A DNA stretch of 64,000 nt, taken from the NCBI GenBank assembly GCA_937919165.1, contig CALFPO010000026.1:4057-68056 (forward strand), in the 5' to 3' direction. The stretch comes from an uncultured Bacillota bacterium. GTDB lineage: Bacteria > Bacillota_I > Bacilli_A > Erysipelotrichales > Erysipelotrichaceae. This document shows positions 61,746 to 64,000 of this stretch, in pieces. Both the position numbers and the translations under genes were made by a program. Every line of letters starts with the position of its first letter. Position 1 is the first letter of the stretch. A model generated the notes under the pieces. The model worked only from the letters and a program-made list of their open reading frames with translations, searched no databases and was not told the DNA's origin.

Positions 61746-64000
61746 TAGAAAAGAAGAACAGACCTCTTGTTAAGAGAAGAGTACCTGAACAGTCAAGAAG
61801 AACTGTTGTTAAGAAACCAGTAATAAGAGAAAAGAAACCTGTAGATAAGCAGAAGATTTTCACAGTTGTTGCAGCATCAGTCCTGGTGCTTGCACATGTT
61901 GCGGTATTGCTGGCTATATTCTGGTCATATAAGTATTACGACATCTATCCAACATTGTTTGGCAGCCTGGTTGCTGTCGTTCTGCTGATAATGATAATTA
62001 TAGACATCATCTTCTTTGTTGGTTTCAACCATAGAGATATAGCCCTGAAGATAATCTCTACAACCTTGGCTGTATTTCTGCTGATAGGCGGAACAGTAGG
62101 TTCCGTATATCTTGGAAAGGTAAACAATGTTGTAAACAATATCCTTGATGATGGCAAGACTGAGAAGTTTGAAACATATAGTGGCGTATTCGTATGCTAT
62201 GACAAGAATAATAACTTTACAAAGCTTTCTGACTTGGCAGGAAAAAAGATCGGCATGCTTGTCGAGACAACCGATGGCATCAGGTATATTGCAACTGGTT
62301 TATTGGAAAAAGAGAAGATCGATTATGCAACAGTCGACTACAAGACCAATTCTGAATTGCTGACAGCCCTGATTGACGGACATGTCGATGCAATCGTAAT
62401 AACATCTGGATATAGAGATATCATCAACGCCGACGATAGCTCGACATTTGTGCAGTATCTTAATCACTTCATTGATTTCAATCAATTCGAGCAAGATCTG
62501 AAGGTCACCAAAAACAAGAAGATCAAGAACATCAGCAGAGACCCATTCAATGTCTTGCTGATAGGCTGGTCAAGAACGGATATCGGTTCGACTGTCGGTT
62601 TGGCCGATGCTATCATCGTTGCAACAATAAATCCTCAGACATATACCGTATCTATGATGTCTATAGCAAGAGACTCATTTGTTCCAATCGCTTGCTATGG
62701 CGGCGAGTATGACAAGATCAACTCAGGCCGTTCGACATCACGTGCCTGCTTCATCGAAACGGTAGAGAATTTCACTGGCATGACGATGGACTACTACATC
62801 GAAATGGACTATCTTGGATTGGTCGCTGTCGTCAACACCATCGGCGGCATATATATCGATAATCCTGTAACATTTACGCTTGATGGTATCTATGTTGAAG
62901 CTGGACATTATCTTGCTGATGGTCAGCAGGTTCTTCAGTTCTGCCGTGAGAGACATCACATGCCTAACGGCGACTTCGACAGACAGCAGCACCAGAAGGA
63001 ATGCATCATTGCCATATGCAAGAAATTCATTGAAGCTGGCGATGTATCCTTGGCGCTAAAAGCCATGGAAGAAGCATCAGAGTTCATGAGCACGGACTTC
63101 ACCTTGTCTGAACTCACCAGCATATTCAATCTGTTGCTTAATACCAAGAACTATACGACAATGGAGACATTTGACCTTGTCGATTTCCATACTCTGCGTA
63201 TGACTGGCTATGGCGGCACCATGTTCTATAGCTATGATATGAGATTGCCTTTGTGGGTATATCTGATTTATCAGGGATCATTTGATGAATCAATAAACCA
63301 TGTAAAGGAAGTTATGGGCGAATACGAGTCCATAAAGCAGGATAAGAATTTTGAGTTCGATATCACACAGACATATGTAAGACCAGAATTCTACTCAACT
63401 GAGTATCCTGATAAGTATGTATTCGAGCCTGACCCAATGCCATCTTTCTGGGCAAATCTAGTTGGCATGAGCGAATCTGAAGCTTTGGCTTGGGCTGCAT
63501 CTAATGGTGTAAGCCTATCGGTCAAGACGGTTAGCGAAGGAAGTCCAGACTTTGAGAAAGAGTACGAAGGCTTGGTAGGAAGCCAATCTCCAAGATATGG
63601 TTCCCTAGTTTCGGAATATAAGTCAGGAACGATATATGTCATGGGACATGCATCAGCAACCGACGATGGCGTCCATATTCCTAATTTCAGAAACAGAAGC
63701 ATCACAACCATCAAGAAGTGGGCTGAGAAATACGGAATCGATGTACATACAAGATTCACAACAGAAGATTCTGAAGGTGTTGATGACGGAAAGACTGTCA
63801 ATACAGAACCTAAGGCTGGAGCGTTGATTGCGGATACTACGGATCTGTATGTTTACCTCAAGCCAGTAGAATGCATGATTACATATAACGCAAACGGTCA
63901 TGGTGTCGCTCCTAGCAACCAGAGATTCACGACAGGCGATAATGTCGACCTGGCAAAGATGAAGAGCCCTGTAACTGACGCTGACGGAACGTGGGTATTC
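61742..64000 (+). CDS. LytR-CpsA-Psr (LCP) glycopolymer-peptidoglycan ligase with extra domains, 3'-truncated by the window edge
   Basis: My own translation of frame 2 from ATG 61742 gives 753 codons open to nt 64000. The ORF is absent from the track because no stop falls in the window. LCP blocks: 'FNVLLIGWSRTDIGSTVGLADAIIVATINP', 'MMSIARDSFVPI', 'RERHHMPNGDFDRQQHQKE'. There are three N-terminal TM helices. It also has a PBP-like segment, two PASTA-like repeats and the start of a Listeria-Bacteroides-type repeat. Confidence 0.85.
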   Translation, partial: MIEKKNRPLVKRRVPEQSRRTVVKKPVIREKKPVDKQKIFTVVAASVLVLAHVAVLLAIFWSYKYYDIYPTLFGSLVAVVLLIMIIIDIIFFVGFNHRDIALKIISTTLAVFLLIGGTVGSVYLGKVNNVVNNILDDGKTEKFETYSGVFVCYDKNNNFTKLSDLAGKKIGMLVETTDGIRYIATGLLEKEKIDYATVDYKTNSELLTALIDGHVDAIVITSGYRDIINADDSSTFVQYLNHFIDFNQFEQDLKVTKNKKIKNISRDPFNVLLIGWSRTDIGSTVGLADAIIVATINPQTYTVSMMSIARDSFVPIACYGGEYDKINSGRSTSRACFIETVENFTGMTMDYYIEMDYLGLVAVVNTIGGIYIDNPVTFTLDGIYVEAGHYLADGQQVLQFCRERHHMPNGDFDRQQHQKECIIAICKKFIEAGDVSLALKAMEEASEFMSTDFTLSELTSIFNLLLNTKNYTTMETFDLVDFHTLRMTGYGGTMFYSYDMRLPLWVYLIYQGSFDESINHVKEVMGEYESIKQDKNFEFDITQTYVRPEFYSTEYPDKYVFEPDPMPSFWANLVGMSESEALAWAASNGVSLSVKTVSEGSPDFEKEYEGLVGSQSPRYGSLVSEYKSGTIYVMGHASATDDGVHIPNFRNRSITTIKKWAEKYGIDVHTRFTTEDSEGVDDGKTVNTEPKAGALIADTTDLYVYLKPVECMITYNANGHGVAPSNQRFTTGDNVDLAKMKSPVTDADGTWVF

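Noticed and set aside
1-64000. Mobile element, prophage, defence-system, CRISPR, tRNA or rRNA content.
   Set aside because: No ORF resembles a transposase, integrase, recombinase, nuclease/helicase defence protein or Cas protein. I noticed no regularly spaced repeats and no tRNA-like or rRNA-like stretches. Every sizeable ORF fits a glycan-biosynthesis role or is a membrane protein in that context.

Overview
The window is one nearly uninterrupted cell-envelope glycan biosynthesis supercluster. I call 59 CDS, 57 on + and 2 on -, mostly joined by overlapping or abutting stop/start codons. I saw no rRNA, tRNA, CRISPR array, transposase or integrase. LCP ligase, YfhO, LicD, PASTA domains, low GC and GGAGG-type RBS point to a Gram-positive (Bacillota) genome, probably an anaerobic Clostridia/Lachnospiraceae-like organism; the taxonomy is inference only. 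Block A (1-19237) holds an FkbH-ACP-MaoC cassette and several AT3 membrane acyltransferases. It also holds YfhO, a complete GDP-heptose to 6-deoxyheptose pathway (gmhA, hddA, fused hddC-gmhB, 4,6-dehydratase, reductase candidate), Wzx, LicD and GTs. The junction (19238-22747) is the only opposite-strand module: an ATP-grasp ligase, a protein carrying sialyltransferase-type motifs, and a GT4. Block B (22806-43471) starts with a PIG-L deacetylase and a PglF/E/C/D (EpsC/N/L/M)-like diNAc-bacillosamine cassette with its own small phosphoglycosyl transferase. It continues with two GT4, Wzy, a second Wzx, a VTC-DUF4956-CotH triad, FnlABC (UDP-L-FucNAc), FdtB/FdtA-type dTDP-3-amino-sugar genes, GT8 and GT4. 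Block C (43471-60839) holds a GT2-DUF2304-GT-DUF2142 module, further GTs, a Wzm/Wzt ABC exporter, and rmlA-rmlC-(lipoprotein phosphoesterase)-rmlB-rmlD. It ends with a WbaP-type phosphoglycosyl transferase. After it come a membrane-anchored unknown protein and a multidomain LCP ligase that runs off the window. No CpsB/C/D-type chain-length regulators are present. The most interesting candidates are the VTC-DUF4956-CotH triad welded to a flippase, the carrier-protein-dependent FkbH acylation cassette, a domain shared by the ABC permease and the DUF2142 protein, and the PASTA-bearing LCP. All family assignments come from motif recognition by eye and need HMM or BLAST confirmation.
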